A stretch of 64,000 nt of DNA from an uncultured Chloroflexia bacterium (GCA_963712745.1 CAVQJC010000010.1:1-64000), one strand, 5' to 3'. Counted from the stretch's first letter, positions 50,152 through 59,479 are shown. The notes: generated by a model not told the origin, from the sequence alone. Translations and numbers: made by a program.

Positions 50152-50838
50152 ATGGCTTGGTTCAGACCGGCTCGCAATAGGGACCATCCCGGAGATCCGC
50201 CTCCCAAGTGGGCACCCATGGGCAGAGCTGGCCGCGTGGTCCTCGTGATCACCGTCATCGTGGGGGTGGTCATCGCCCTCCTGATCATGTCGACCAGGAC
50301 GGCTGGCGCAGCCGACGGCACGGACGGACCCGCCGCCACCGCGGAGTCAGTGGCCCCGCCATCGTTCGGCCAGCGGGTCGAGGTACCCGAGGCAGGTTTC
50401 GCGGTTACGTTCCCGCTCGATTGGGAGGTCAGCATCGACACCAGCGATGTGCCCGGCGAAGGGGGAACCTTCGCGGTGGTCTCCGGTCGGGAAGCCGCGA
50501 GCGATGTCACCTGCGAGGTATACCTGTACGGCCCCTGCACCGGGTCCTCGTTCGGCGACTGCGCTGCGGCCCTCGACGAGGTAGCCGCACGCATGGTCGC
50601 CTACTTCGAGGGCGACGAGTCGTCCTCCCGGACCGATGAGTCCGCGGCGATGGACCTCCCGGCGGGCTACGCCGTCCGGGTCGATACCGAGTGGATCGAC
50701 GAGGGCGTCTTCGGCTCCCTGTACCTGCTGACCGACGGGAAGGTCCACGACTCCCTGCGATGCCGTGGCTCGGAGCGTCCTGAGGACCGCTGGCTCTCCA
50801 TCGCCGAGACCTTCGCCTTCCTGCCCGCCGAGGAGTAG
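50152..50838 (+). CDS. Membrane-anchored protein with a single EAGFA..FP..W / DRWLSIAETF domain (start may be 50218)
   Basis: TM, then QRVEVPEAGFAVTFPLDW ... PEDRWLSIAETFAFLPAEE; paralog of 37852-39036. Confidence 0.7.
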   Translation: MAWFRPARNRDHPGDPPPKWAPMGRAGRVVLVITVIVGVVIALLIMSTRTAGAADGTDGPAATAESVAPPSFGQRVEVPEAGFAVTFPLDWEVSIDTSDVPGEGGTFAVVSGREAASDVTCEVYLYGPCTGSSFGDCAAALDEVAARMVAYFEGDESSSRTDESAAMDLPAGYAVRVDTEWIDEGVFGSLYLLTDGKVHDSLRCRGSERPEDRWLSIAETFAFLPAEE

Positions 50839-50875
50839 GCGGGCGAGGGCCAGTGCAGGGTCCGCTGGCTTCAGG

Positions 50876-50976
50876 GATCGCCATGAGTAGCGGGCTATCT
50901 CAAGTCGTCGCCGCCATGGCGATGGACGACGCCGGGCCGTCCGGCCCTTGACCCGCTGACCGGGGCGGGGAGGATA
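50876..50976 (+). repeat. Cassette module copy n (full)
   Basis: GATCGCCATGA-GTAGCGGG-CTATCTCAAGT-CGTCGCCGCCATGGC...GCCGGGCCGTCCGGCCC-TTGACC(50948)-N16-GAGGAT. Confidence 0.92.
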
Positions 50977-51009
50977 GAGGGGAGGGGCCACGAAGAAGCC
51001 TGGCCTGGG

Positions 51010-51549
51010 GTGTCTGACATGGGGACCGCGATTCGACGACCGATGATCACCATCCTGATGGCCTGCCTCTGCATTGTCCCTGTCTCCGCCACCGCGGCGC
51101 AGTCACCATCACCGACCATCGGGGCGCCCGTCCTGGGCACAGGGACCGACGCGCTCGCCTGGCTCACCTCCATGGGCATCGTCGGCGTCGAAGCTGTCCC
51201 GACGGCGGACGGACAGTTGCGCTGGGAGGCGACCCTCTCCATGGGCGAGGCGGGAGCCGATATCACCTTGGAGTTCGTCGGATCCCCCGAGGCGCTGACG
51301 AGCGCGTCGCTGACGACGAGCACGGACAGCGACTCCTACGCGGGCTCCTTGATCGTCCTATGGGCCCAGCAGTTCCATCCCGAGAGCCTCGATTTCATCG
51401 TCAATGCGCTCCTGCGGGGGGCCTTCCTCGAAGGGATGGACGCGGAAGCCGATTTGCCGGACAGCACTGTCCACGTGACGACGGCCATGGACCCCGATGC
51501 CCCTCTCGGCGAGGAGACCATGTCGATCACCATCACGATCAAGGACTGA
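51010..51549 (+). CDS. Secreted hypothetical protein
   Basis: Signal peptide ending ATAAQS, acidic mature domain; directly behind module n. Confidence 0.65.
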   Translation: MSDMGTAIRRPMITILMACLCIVPVSATAAQSPSPTIGAPVLGTGTDALAWLTSMGIVGVEAVPTADGQLRWEATLSMGEAGADITLEFVGSPEALTSASLTTSTDSDSYAGSLIVLWAQQFHPESLDFIVNALLRGAFLEGMDAEADLPDSTVHVTTAMDPDAPLGEETMSITITIKD

Positions 51550-51614
51550 CCACCTGCGAGGACCTCGAGTACGACGCCTGCCCGTGTCGCAAGTACGTCG
51601 ACCACGTGACGTGC

Positions 51615-51662
51615 CGGCTCTCCATCGCCGAGACCTTCGAGTTCTTGCCGCAGGCGGAGTAG
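51615..51662 (+). pseudogene. Orphan 3' end of a DRWLSIAETF-family gene
   Basis: CGGCTCTCCATCGCCGAGACCTTCGAGTTCTTGCCGCAGGCGGAGTAG encodes RLSIAETFEFLPQAE*. Confidence 0.7.
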
Positions 51663-51688
51663 CCGTGGCAATCCGTCGCTGGCGGGGG

Positions 51689-52348
51689 TCAAGCTCTTCG
51701 TGATGACTCAACGAGCGCTTTGACAACGCCTAGCATCTTGCGCTCCATCACGAACGAAACCGGCTCTATCAACAGCGGACCTCCCATGAGCCTGGAGCGG
51801 CGATCGTCAGCGTGGTGGTAGCGGGTTCGGGAGAGGAGTCTCGTGGTCCCGTCTGGCTGCACGAAGAGTAGGAACGCCCAGCTGTTCGAGAGCACCGCGC
51901 TGCCATCCGCTCCGGCAGGATTGCCGTAGAGGACGAGGGTCGTGGGTTCCTCGACGATGGCTGCGGTCATCGGCGGCGTCTCCACGTGCAGCTTGATGGG
52001 GTCGCCCGCTCGAATATGCTGATGCTCGTCGAGGATACGAGAGGTGTTCTCGATCTTGCTGCCGACGAGGTTCTCGAGCTTCTCATAGCTGTAGAAGCCG
52101 CCTCGACCCTGGCCGATCTGCGCGATCCAGGGCCAGATGCGCTGCGGCATCGCGTTGATCGAGGTCGCGTGCGTCGCAGTCCAATTCGGATCGGGAACAA
52201 GTTCGTCGCCCGGGTAGGGTCCTTCGAGCTCTTCGTCGGTCGCTCCCCATCTCAGGCGTCGCGACCTGAGGAAGGGTGTGACCATGGCGCCGCCGGTCTC
52301 GATGCCTCCCTGTAGGGCTTCCATCCAAGAATGGCCATACTGCGTCAT
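51689..52348 (-). CDS. SRPBCC-like protein
   Basis: WGAT.EE....PGD.LV, I.A....WPW..Q.G..RGGFYSY..LEN, SW.F.L and FVMERKML motifs. Confidence 0.8.
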   Translation of the reverse strand: MTQYGHSWMEALQGGIETGGAMVTPFLRSRRLRWGATDEELEGPYPGDELVPDPNWTATHATSINAMPQRIWPWIAQIGQGRGGFYSYEKLENLVGSKIENTSRILDEHQHIRAGDPIKLHVETPPMTAAIVEEPTTLVLYGNPAGADGSAVLSNSWAFLLFVQPDGTTRLLSRTRYHHADDRRSRLMGGPLLIEPVSFVMERKMLGVVKALVESSRRA

Positions 52349-52669
52349 CACGGCTCCCTTCGACCGCCTCGAGCGGTCCCGTGTCCTGATCGAGGAACCG
52401 GGCCAAGCTGGGCGCTCAACAGGTCCTGCAAGATGCTGCTTCGAGTCTCGGCAGCCGGGCCCAAGGTGCCAAGGGCCAAGAGGACCGCGGCGGGTGGGCC
52501 AGCGGGTCAGAGAGTGTGCGGCCCTGGTGGCGGAGGGCGTCGGCATGTGGCAGCTCGTCTGCGAGCGGCGCACGAGCTGGTCCTGTGGACACCGTCCCAG
52601 AGTGGAGACCCGCGCCGACCGGTCCGCGGCAACGTCGACAACCACCAGGCATGGCACCCACTCGATCCG

Positions 52670-52714
52670 GAATCGCATGAATAGCGGGCGGTATCTGGTC
52701 ATCGCCACTATGGC
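52670..52714 (+). repeat. Cassette module copy o (dyad + linker)
   Basis: GAATCGCATGA-ATAGCGGG-CGGTATCTGGT-CATCGCCACTATGGC. Confidence 0.8.
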
Positions 52715-53015
52715 CGCGATCGCCGCCGGGCACTTCGCCGCCGATGCTGTCGTGGCCGCGCGACTGGGCTACACCGCGACGTCGCGATCCTGGGACGGCG
52801 AGAAGCTGACGGTGGTGTACCAGCTGCAGCCGCCAGGCGAGAATGAAGCACCCGTTCCACCGCCGGCAGGACGCATGGCAGCCAATGCCCTGGCCAATCA
52901 AGCACGCGCGGAAGCCAACGCGCAGGCCAATCAAGCACGCGTGGCAGGTCGCGATCCAGTCGGTCTACCGCCTCCACCGCTAGTAGCGCCCCGGTCGGCC
53001 GATCAGCCTGAGTGA
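52715..53015 (+). pseudogene. 5'-truncated fragment related to the soluble segment of 47756-48439
   Basis: HFAADAVVAARLGYTATSRSWDGEKLTVVY resembles RYSADATLFTSTGWAVHSVAWD....LVATY; includes a 33-nt internal tandem repeat. Confidence 0.5.
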
Positions 53016-53078
53016 CCGAGCGAGCCGTGCCGCTGAGCGTTCTTCGCGAGCCTGATCGCCAAGGAGTAGTCGCAGCGC

Positions 53079-53342
53079 TCAGGAGGCGATCTCGGACGTC
53101 GGGTCATATCCGCCTGACCAGGCAGTGATGGCGACACCACCTTCATGCCTTGAGTCGGAGAATAGCTCGACGACCCGCGGCTCACCACAGCCCAGCTCAT
53201 GTGACTGGTCGGGCTCGCAGGGTCCGAACTCAAGCCGCCCAGTGAACTCCGGTCCCAGTCCGGCCGGATCAGCTACGACGTCAGCCGTCGAGACCACAAG
53301 CACGGTCATGGCCGCGATCGGCGCGAGGAGCCTCTTCAACAC
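53079..53342 (-). pseudogene. Truncated secreted paralog of 54021-54569
   Basis: Signal peptide, EFTGRLEFGPC...C..P...FSD.R.EG.VAITAW, then early stop. Confidence 0.65.
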
Positions 53343-53922
53343 TCACTCCTCTCACCCATTCCGCCGTCACCAGAGAGGGTGCGCCGAGGGCCTGATGTCA
53401 TCGAGCGCGGGGCGCGAAAGATGGCTCGATCTGGAGACATCGGCCACGGGCCGACCAGCGTCGAGACGGAACGGGTGATCGCTACCGCATCCCGTGCCAG
53501 GCTCGACCAGCCGATACCGCGACGAGCACGAGCCCGAACGTAGCGACGAAAGCGAGCACGAGCATGCTCGAACAGCAGCACTCGTGCCTGACCGACCGCT
53601 TGAGCTGGTCCCATCCCCAGGCCAGGGTGCCGACTTCCGGCTCTTCGGTGCGCTCCGGCCCCGGATCGCCGGAGACATGCTCGCGATCGCTCCTGTCCTC
53701 GAACATGGGCTCGACATTGTGGCTCCGTGCTCGGTGGGACAAGGGCCCTTGGTCACCCAGCAGCATGCGGAGACCGCGCCCTGGCGGCCATCGGTGGCGA
53801 GCCGTGCATCATCGCCTCCCGCTGGGGGCTATCGAACACCTAGGCCGGACCGGCATCAAGTGGCAGAGGTCACCGGCCGCGTCCGTTCAGGGTCGGTCCG
53901 GGCCCGTCGATAGCCTCCATTA

Positions 53923-53992
53923 CGTCGCCTTGATAGCGGATGCTACCCGGCCGTCGCCGCCATCTCCAGCACGCCCCCCTGGGCCCGTCCGC
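53923..53992 (+). repeat. Cassette module copy q (degenerate)
   Basis: CGTCGCCTTGA-TAGCGGA-TGCTACCCGGC-CGTCGCCGCCAT...GGGCCCGTCCG. Confidence 0.55.
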
Positions 53993-54020
53993 GCGATCGG
54001 CAGCTGACAGCGACGCGGGG

Positions 54021-54569
54021 CTACCAGTCCAGCTCCGCGCGGTCGCCCGTCCTGATGACTCCCGCGAAATCGGGCACGCCCGCCTGCATGCTGCCCGGAA
54101 CGATACGGCCATGGAAGTCGAAGACAGATCCCGTGACCGTCACCTCGGCGACCGCAGAGAGGCCCTCGTTCGCCCCGGTGCCGACGAGAACGCTGGTGTA
54201 CTGCGTCGGAGCCCCGTCACGGTGCTGCAGGCGTGGCGACGCCACCTCCACCCAGCCGTCAGCCGAGTCGCCGATGAGCCACGAGCCGAGCCACAGCACA
54301 GATGTCTCCCCGATCTCTCGAGACCACCCGGTGATGGCGACCTCCCCATCGAGCCGCGCGTCACTGAAGGCCTCCAGGACCGCTGGCGTATCACAGGTGA
54401 GGCCATTCGGGTCGACACCCTCGCACATCGGGCCGAATACGAGCCGGCCGGTGAACTCGCCCAGGACGCACCTCTCGTCGACGCATTCCTCGTCTGACTG
54501 TCCGGCGACAGCGACGGCCAAGCCCAGCAGCAGGGCCACCACGATGAGTGAGACATGAAGCGTGCGCAT
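54021..54569 (-). CDS. Secreted hypothetical protein (SD.RL / L.G.GA.EGL family)
   Basis: GGAGG RBS, signal peptide, EFTGRLVFGPMC, FSDARLDG and LVGTGANEGLSA. Confidence 0.7.
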   Translation of the reverse strand: MRTLHVSLIVVALLLGLAVAVAGQSDEECVDERCVLGEFTGRLVFGPMCEGVDPNGLTCDTPAVLEAFSDARLDGEVAITGWSREIGETSVLWLGSWLIGDSADGWVEVASPRLQHRDGAPTQYTSVLVGTGANEGLSAVAEVTVTGSVFDFHGRIVPGSMQAGVPDFAGVIRTGDRAELDW

Positions 54570-54694
54570 AGCGACCTCCCATTCTCCGACCATGAAGCGC
54601 GCCGGGCGCAGGCACCGGCAAGAGCCGTTGGGACTGCCACGCGGGCGCTCCGTCGATGAGACCATCGAGTTCCTGACCGCCGAGGTTCAGGGTG

Positions 54695-54780
54695 AGCAGC
54701 CATGGAAACACGGTGATGCCCGGTCGGCATCACCGTAGCCGCACCACGCCCCGGGTCGTCCGGCGCTTGACCTGTTGAGC
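54695..54780 (+). repeat. Cassette module copy p (dyad to -35, truncated)
   Basis: AGCAGCCATGG-AAACACGG-TGATGCCCGGT-CGGCATCACCGTAGC...CCGGGTCGTCCGGCGC-TTGACC(54767). Confidence 0.75.
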
Positions 54781-55313
54781 TATCACGCCCACGACCGGCG
54801 CGAGGAGGATGGGTGGTATCCAACCGAACATGCCCTCCGGCTGGCCCCGGCCGGCCACGGACGGGAAGGTCGTCCGTTCGTGCTCGTCGGGATCGAGGCG
54901 CTTGAGCCAAGGCAGGATCACGCCAAGCGCGACAACCGACACGACGAACTCGATGCCGATCAGATCCGTCGCACTGGGGCGATCGTCTTCCTGCGAATAC
55001 CCTTGCGTCGAGAGCCGATCGAACGCTGCGGGGCCAAGGGGGCTCGCTCGTCACGAACAGGAGTGGGATGATGCCGCGGACACCTTGGCGCAACGCGCCG
55101 AGGAGCGATACACGGGGGCGCGGCGGAGGGTGGCCATGCCCATCACCATCTTGGAGCGCGATCGGGGGGCGCGATCTTCACCATCACCCGGGCGTCTTGC
55201 GTGCCGGTCTGGTCCGGGTCATCAAGACGGGCGCCATGCCGCCGATGTGGCCGATGCTGCGCGAACCGACAGCACGCAGCCAGCCGTGATGAGTCGCTTG
55301 GTGAGCTCGACCG

Positions 55314-55784
55314 TCAGCTCACAGCCTTCTTCACGAGCTCTGCGATCCTCGCCTCCTCGACATCGGTCAACTCCTTCAGAGCGAAGGTGGTCGGCCACAT
55401 GTTGCCCTCGTCGAGGTTCGCCGCGTCATTGAAGCCGAGCGTCGCATACCTGGCCTTGAACTTGTCCGCGCCCTGGAAGAAGCAGACGACCTTGCCGTCC
55501 TTGGCATAGGCAGGCATCCCGTACCAGGTCTTGGGCCAGAGGATCGGTGCGCTGGACTTGATGATCGCGTGCACTCGCTGAGCCATCGAGCGATCCGGCT
55601 CTGGCATCTCGGCGATCTTCGCGAGTGTGTCGCGCTCACCATCCGCCTTGTTCTTGTTCGCGCGCGCTTCCGCCTTGAGCTCCTTCGCGCGCTCCTTCAT
55701 CGCAGCTCGCTCCTCGTCCGAGAAACCCTCGGACGCCTGGTCGCTCGTTGCGCTGGTGTCGACCGACTTCGCCGTGTCCTTCAT
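55314..55784 (-). CDS. DUF1801 (YdhG-like) protein
   Basis: [41 protein letters not shown] and WPT.FAL motifs. Confidence 0.88.
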   Translation of the reverse strand: MKDTAKSVDTSATSDQASEGFSDEERAAMKERAKELKAEARANKNKADGERDTLAKIAEMPEPDRSMAQRVHAIIKSSAPILWPKTWYGMPAYAKDGKVVCFFQGADKFKARYATLGFNDAANLDEGNMWPTTFALKELTDVEEARIAELVKKAVS

Positions 55785-56009
55785 CGGGGAGATTCCCTCT
55801 TTGCGCCGGGTGGGGACCCCATGCCAGGGAGCCTCTGCCACTTCACCTCTTCATAGTGCCCGAGGAAGGGCAGCGGGGCATTCGCGCCCGCGATCGCGAT
55901 GTCTGCCGGAACAGCGAGCGACCCGGACGGGCCGGCCGTTACGACTCCCAGGCCGAGGGGCCGGAAGGCTCTTGCTGCACACCGCCCGGGGCCATACCGT
56001 GGCCCCGCG

Positions 56010-56774
56010 ATGTCGCACCTGCGCGGCGCCTCGATCTTGTGGCTCTGGCTGTTCTCCGTGTCGCTGCTGGGCTCACCGGCGGCCGCCGACGAGTCCGGCT
56101 ACGAGACGGTGCTGCTGCCCGGTTTCCCGCTGACGACCCAGCTGCTCTATGACGAGGCCGGCCCGCTGGCCTTTCGCACCCGCTCTGGCCGCGGCGACTG
56201 GCAGCTGCCGAGCGGCGACGCGGTGCTGCTCGAGGAGCGCTGGTGGACGCCACTCCGTCCCATCGCCGCGGAGCCCCCGCCTGACCTCGACGACGCCACG
56301 ATGGCTCGTATCCGGGAGGTGGTGGCGCCCGCGGCGACGAAACGGCTACCCGACCGGCTCATCGCCCAGGCCGTCGGCGATGTCACACTCGATGGCAGCG
56401 ACGAACTGGTGCTCTCGTTTCGCCGTCCCTTCCGGCGTACCAGCATCAACATCACGCGTCCACGTCGAGCCTGGACCGATGGTCACGGCCTGAGCGCTCA
56501 CCTGGGCCTCTATCGGCCGGACGACCTCTCCGCGATCTGGATCGCTGGCACGCTGGTCAGTCCTGTGAAGGAGGTCGCAGCCTGCGATGGCGCCCTGGCC
56601 GTGGCCTACGGATCATTCGACGAACCCGGCGTCGTCGAGACCGGGGCCTGGCGCTGGGTCGTCTTCGGCTTCCTGCCTACAGCACCACTAGCGGGTGGGG
56701 GCACCCCCACCTGTGTCGATATCGATGGCGACGGCCGGACAGAGCCGGCCATCACAGGAAGGAGTGATCGGTGA
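56010..56774 (+). CDS. Secreted hypothetical protein with FG-GAP/VCBS-like Ca-binding motifs
   Basis: Signal peptide, GDVTLDGSDELV and DIDGDGRTE; overlaps the start of the next gene. Confidence 0.6.
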   Translation: MSHLRGASILWLWLFSVSLLGSPAAADESGYETVLLPGFPLTTQLLYDEAGPLAFRTRSGRGDWQLPSGDAVLLEERWWTPLRPIAAEPPPDLDDATMARIREVVAPAATKRLPDRLIAQAVGDVTLDGSDELVLSFRRPFRRTSINITRPRRAWTDGHGLSAHLGLYRPDDLSAIWIAGTLVSPVKEVAACDGALAVAYGSFDEPGVVETGAWRWVVFGFLPTAPLAGGGTPTCVDIDGDGRTEPAITGRSDR

Positions 56775-58894
56775 AACACGTGCGTGTCGTGCTGCGAAGC
56801 TTGATCGTGACGGCCCTTGCCGCCACGCTGCTGGCGGCCGGCGTCCCCGCCACCGGGCAGGACGAGATGCCCTCGGTGGACTCTGGCTTCGGCGACTACC
56901 AGCTGGTCCCCCTCCTAAGCGATGGGACGCCCTACGCCGGCCCGGCGACTCCCGTCTCACTCGACGCGGTGGCCATGACAAAGCAGGTGAAGAAGCTGCT
57001 CGACCCCGGGGCGCGCGCGAAGCTCGCCGAGCAGGGGTTCGTCATCGTGCCCGAGGAGTTCCGCCTCTTCCACCACGCCTACGACGAACAGTTCTACGAG
57101 GGCACGCCGGTCTTCGTGACCACCGATGCGGCCTATCACGCCTGGCACCAGGTCTTCGACAAGACCCTGCGCGACCTCGAGACCAGGAAGCTCTCGCCCG
57201 CCCTCGCGAAGCTGCTCAAAGGCATGCGCAAGAACGCCCTGGCACAGCAGGAGGACCTTGCGGGCACTGCCCTCGAGGATGACGCGGCCCGGGTGGTCGA
57301 TCTCATCGCCGTGGCCGCGGCAGAGCTGGGCCTGAAGACTGGCAAGCTGAGCCCGCGTGCCCGGGCCGAGAAGGCACTCATCGACGCCCACTCCGACACG
57401 ACCGACTCACCCATCCTGGGCACCCTGACCGACTACTCGCTCTTTGCCCCGCGCGGACACTACACGCGGACCAAGGCGCTGACTCGCTACTTCAAGGCCA
57501 TGTCGGTGCTCGGCCAGCACGCGTTCCAGCTGCCCGGGTCGCTCCAGACCGACGGTACCGTGGTCGAGGATGCGGACAGCCTGCGCCTGGCCCTGCTGGC
57601 CTCGCGAACACTGGTCGGCGATCCCGAGCTGGAGGTACTGTGGCGCCGCATCTTCGAACCCACGGCCTTCCTCGTCGGGGTCTCCGATGACTACACGCCC
57701 TTCGAACTGGTGGCGGTGCTGGAGAAGCTGTACCCAGACCTGGGGCAAGATGCGGTCACGTCCGCGGATGAGGCCATGCTCATGGAGGTCGCCGACGCGC
57801 TGACGTCGAGCCGGCCGATCAGGATCGATCCCGAGCGACCGTCAGTGCGGCTCATGGGCACGCGCTTCGTGCTGGACTCCTGGATCCTGGACCAGTTGAT
57901 CAAGTTCAACGTGGGTGAGCCCGGCCACTGGCGCGCTCTCCCCTCGGTGCTCGACCTGGCCGCCGCCTTCGGATCCGACTTCGCCCTGGCCATCCAGGAT
58001 GACGCCGGTGAGACGGCCTACGTCAACTACCCCGAGCAGATGGAGGCGATGCGAGCCGCCGTGGCCGCGCGTCCGGGCGATGCCTGGGGTGAGACGGTCT
58101 ACGACGCCTGGCTGGCCGCCGTCCAACCGATGTGGCTGCCGCACGGCGAGGCTTTCCCCGACTTCATGCGGACACCTGCCTGGGATGCCAAGTCACACCA
58201 GGCGGGCTTCGGCTCGCATGCCGAGCTGCGGCACGACACCATCCTGTACACGAAGCAGTTCGTGGGTGAGATGGGCAGCGTCGCGGTCGAGCTGCCCAAG
58301 GTGCGGAATTGGGTGGAGCCTGATCCCGTGGCCTTCGGCCGCCTTTCGGCCATGGCCAGCCTCTCGCGAGACGGCCTGGCTGCCCGGAACCTGCTGACCA
58401 AGGAGGTCCGCGAGTTGCTCGACGACTACATCGGGTTCGTAGATCGGCTCGAGCGGCTCGCGGCCGACGAGCTGGCCGGGAAGCCCATCGAGCAGGGCAA
58501 GGGCAGGAACAGCTGGAGGGCCGACAACGAGTGGCTTCGAGCCATCGGCGGCGAGCTCGAAGGCTTCTGGTGGCGCAGCGGCGACCGCGTCGACACCTCG
58601 CGACCCATCCGCGATGACGATGCCGCGATCATCGCGGACATCGGGCGTGGCATCGACCCTGAGAAGGACATCGACGACGTGCTCGAGATCGGCACCGGCC
58701 GCATCGACCGCATCTTCGTCCTCGTGCCCGACGACGAGGGTCGGTTCCACGTCTCCACCGGGGGCGTGTACTCGTTCTACGAGTTTCCCCGGCCGACGTC
58801 CGAGGGTCGGCTGACCGACGAGCAGTGGTGGGAGATGCTGAGGAAGGGGCAGGCACCCGCGCGTCCCGCCTGGCAGGACCCGCTGTTCCCGTAG
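56771..58894 (+). CDS. DUF3160 domain secreted protein
   Basis: L..QGFV, P.FVTTDA.YH..H..FD, DYS.F.PRGHYT, ELRHDTILY.KQ and GGVYS.YEF motifs. Confidence 0.88.
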   Translation: MKHVRVVLRSLIVTALAATLLAAGVPATGQDEMPSVDSGFGDYQLVPLLSDGTPYAGPATPVSLDAVAMTKQVKKLLDPGARAKLAEQGFVIVPEEFRLFHHAYDEQFYEGTPVFVTTDAAYHAWHQVFDKTLRDLETRKLSPALAKLLKGMRKNALAQQEDLAGTALEDDAARVVDLIAVAAAELGLKTGKLSPRARAEKALIDAHSDTTDSPILGTLTDYSLFAPRGHYTRTKALTRYFKAMSVLGQHAFQLPGSLQTDGTVVEDADSLRLALLASRTLVGDPELEVLWRRIFEPTAFLVGVSDDYTPFELVAVLEKLYPDLGQDAVTSADEAMLMEVADALTSSRPIRIDPERPSVRLMGTRFVLDSWILDQLIKFNVGEPGHWRALPSVLDLAAAFGSDFALAIQDDAGETAYVNYPEQMEAMRAAVAARPGDAWGETVYDAWLAAVQPMWLPHGEAFPDFMRTPAWDAKSHQAGFGSHAELRHDTILYTKQFVGEMGSVAVELPKVRNWVEPDPVAFGRLSAMASLSRDGLAARNLLTKEVRELLDDYIGFVDRLERLAADELAGKPIEQGKGRNSWRADNEWLRAIGGELEGFWWRSGDRVDTSRPIRDDDAAIIADIGRGIDPEKDIDDVLEIGTGRIDRIFVLVPDDEGRFHVSTGGVYSFYEFPRPTSEGRLTDEQWWEMLRKGQAPARPAWQDPLFP

Positions 58895-58940
58895 GCGAGG
58901 GTCATGCGCCGCGCCGGTAGCGAGGTCGGGCGACCGACCC

Positions 58941-59339
58941 TTAGCCCCCGGACGCCAGCCGGCGGAGGATGGCCAGCGCTCGGTCGGCATCGTCGATGGG
59001 GACCAGGAGGTGGTCGTGGTAGAAACCGGCGATCACGTTGCAGCTCAGGTCGGCCGCCGCCAGGGCGCTGCTCACCGCGGCCGTGAGACCGACGGCTTCC
59101 AGCGATGAGTGGACCTGCAGGACGATCCAGGCCGCGACGTAGTCGTATGTCAAGCCATGAGCATCGGCGTCCTCGCGGCGGATCACCAGGCTGCGGCCCT
59201 CCGGTTCCCACACGCTGGCCAGGACCTCGACCTCGGGCAGAGCGCTTCCCGGCGGGACGCTGACGAAGACGTAGGCACGGGGTCGCAACTGCGGGTCGAT
59301 CGATCGAAGCAGGACCGAGAGGCTGGACTCACCGCTCAT
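58941..59339 (-). CDS. ACT domain protein (DUF2241-type)
   Basis: MSGE..L..LL.S..P.L, E.EG.SL, HSSL.AVGLTAA and NVIAGFYHDHL.V motifs. Confidence 0.9.
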   Translation of the reverse strand: MSGESSLSVLLRSIDPQLRPRAYVFVSVPPGSALPEVEVLASVWEPEGRSLVIRREDADAHGLTYDYVAAWIVLQVHSSLEAVGLTAAVSSALAAADLSCNVIAGFYHDHLLVPIDDADRALAILRRLASGG

Positions 59340-59436
59340 GACAGCAAGTCTGCCCCGTCGGGCGATGTCGGGTGGTTGCGAATCCACCTGGCCTTCCTGA
59401 TCGCGGCGATGCCCATGATCTGCGTAGGGGACACAA

Positions 59437-59479
59437 CGGCTACCGCTGGTTCCACACGACCGGCTACCGCTGGTTCCAC
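59437..59479. repeat. 19-bp direct repeat, period 24
   Basis: CGGCTACCGCTGGTTCCAC at 59437 and 59461. Confidence 0.8.

Noticed and set aside
37852-51662. Diversity-generating retroelement (TR/VR) explanation for the repeated 3' ends
   Set aside because: There is no reverse transcriptase in the window. Differences are not adenine-specific, and the repeated part is the conserved one.
52630-52662. Inverted module copy next to copy o (reverse strand CCATGCCTGGT-GGTTGTCGACG)
   Set aside because: Only a partial right-arm match in GC-rich DNA, with no left arm, hairpin or promoter.
37570-54790. CRISPR array or classical integron interpretation of the repeats
   Set aside because: Spacing ranges from about 0.15 to 3 kb and the copies are diverged. 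There are no cas or intI genes and no attC RYYYAAC/GTTRRRY hairpin structure.
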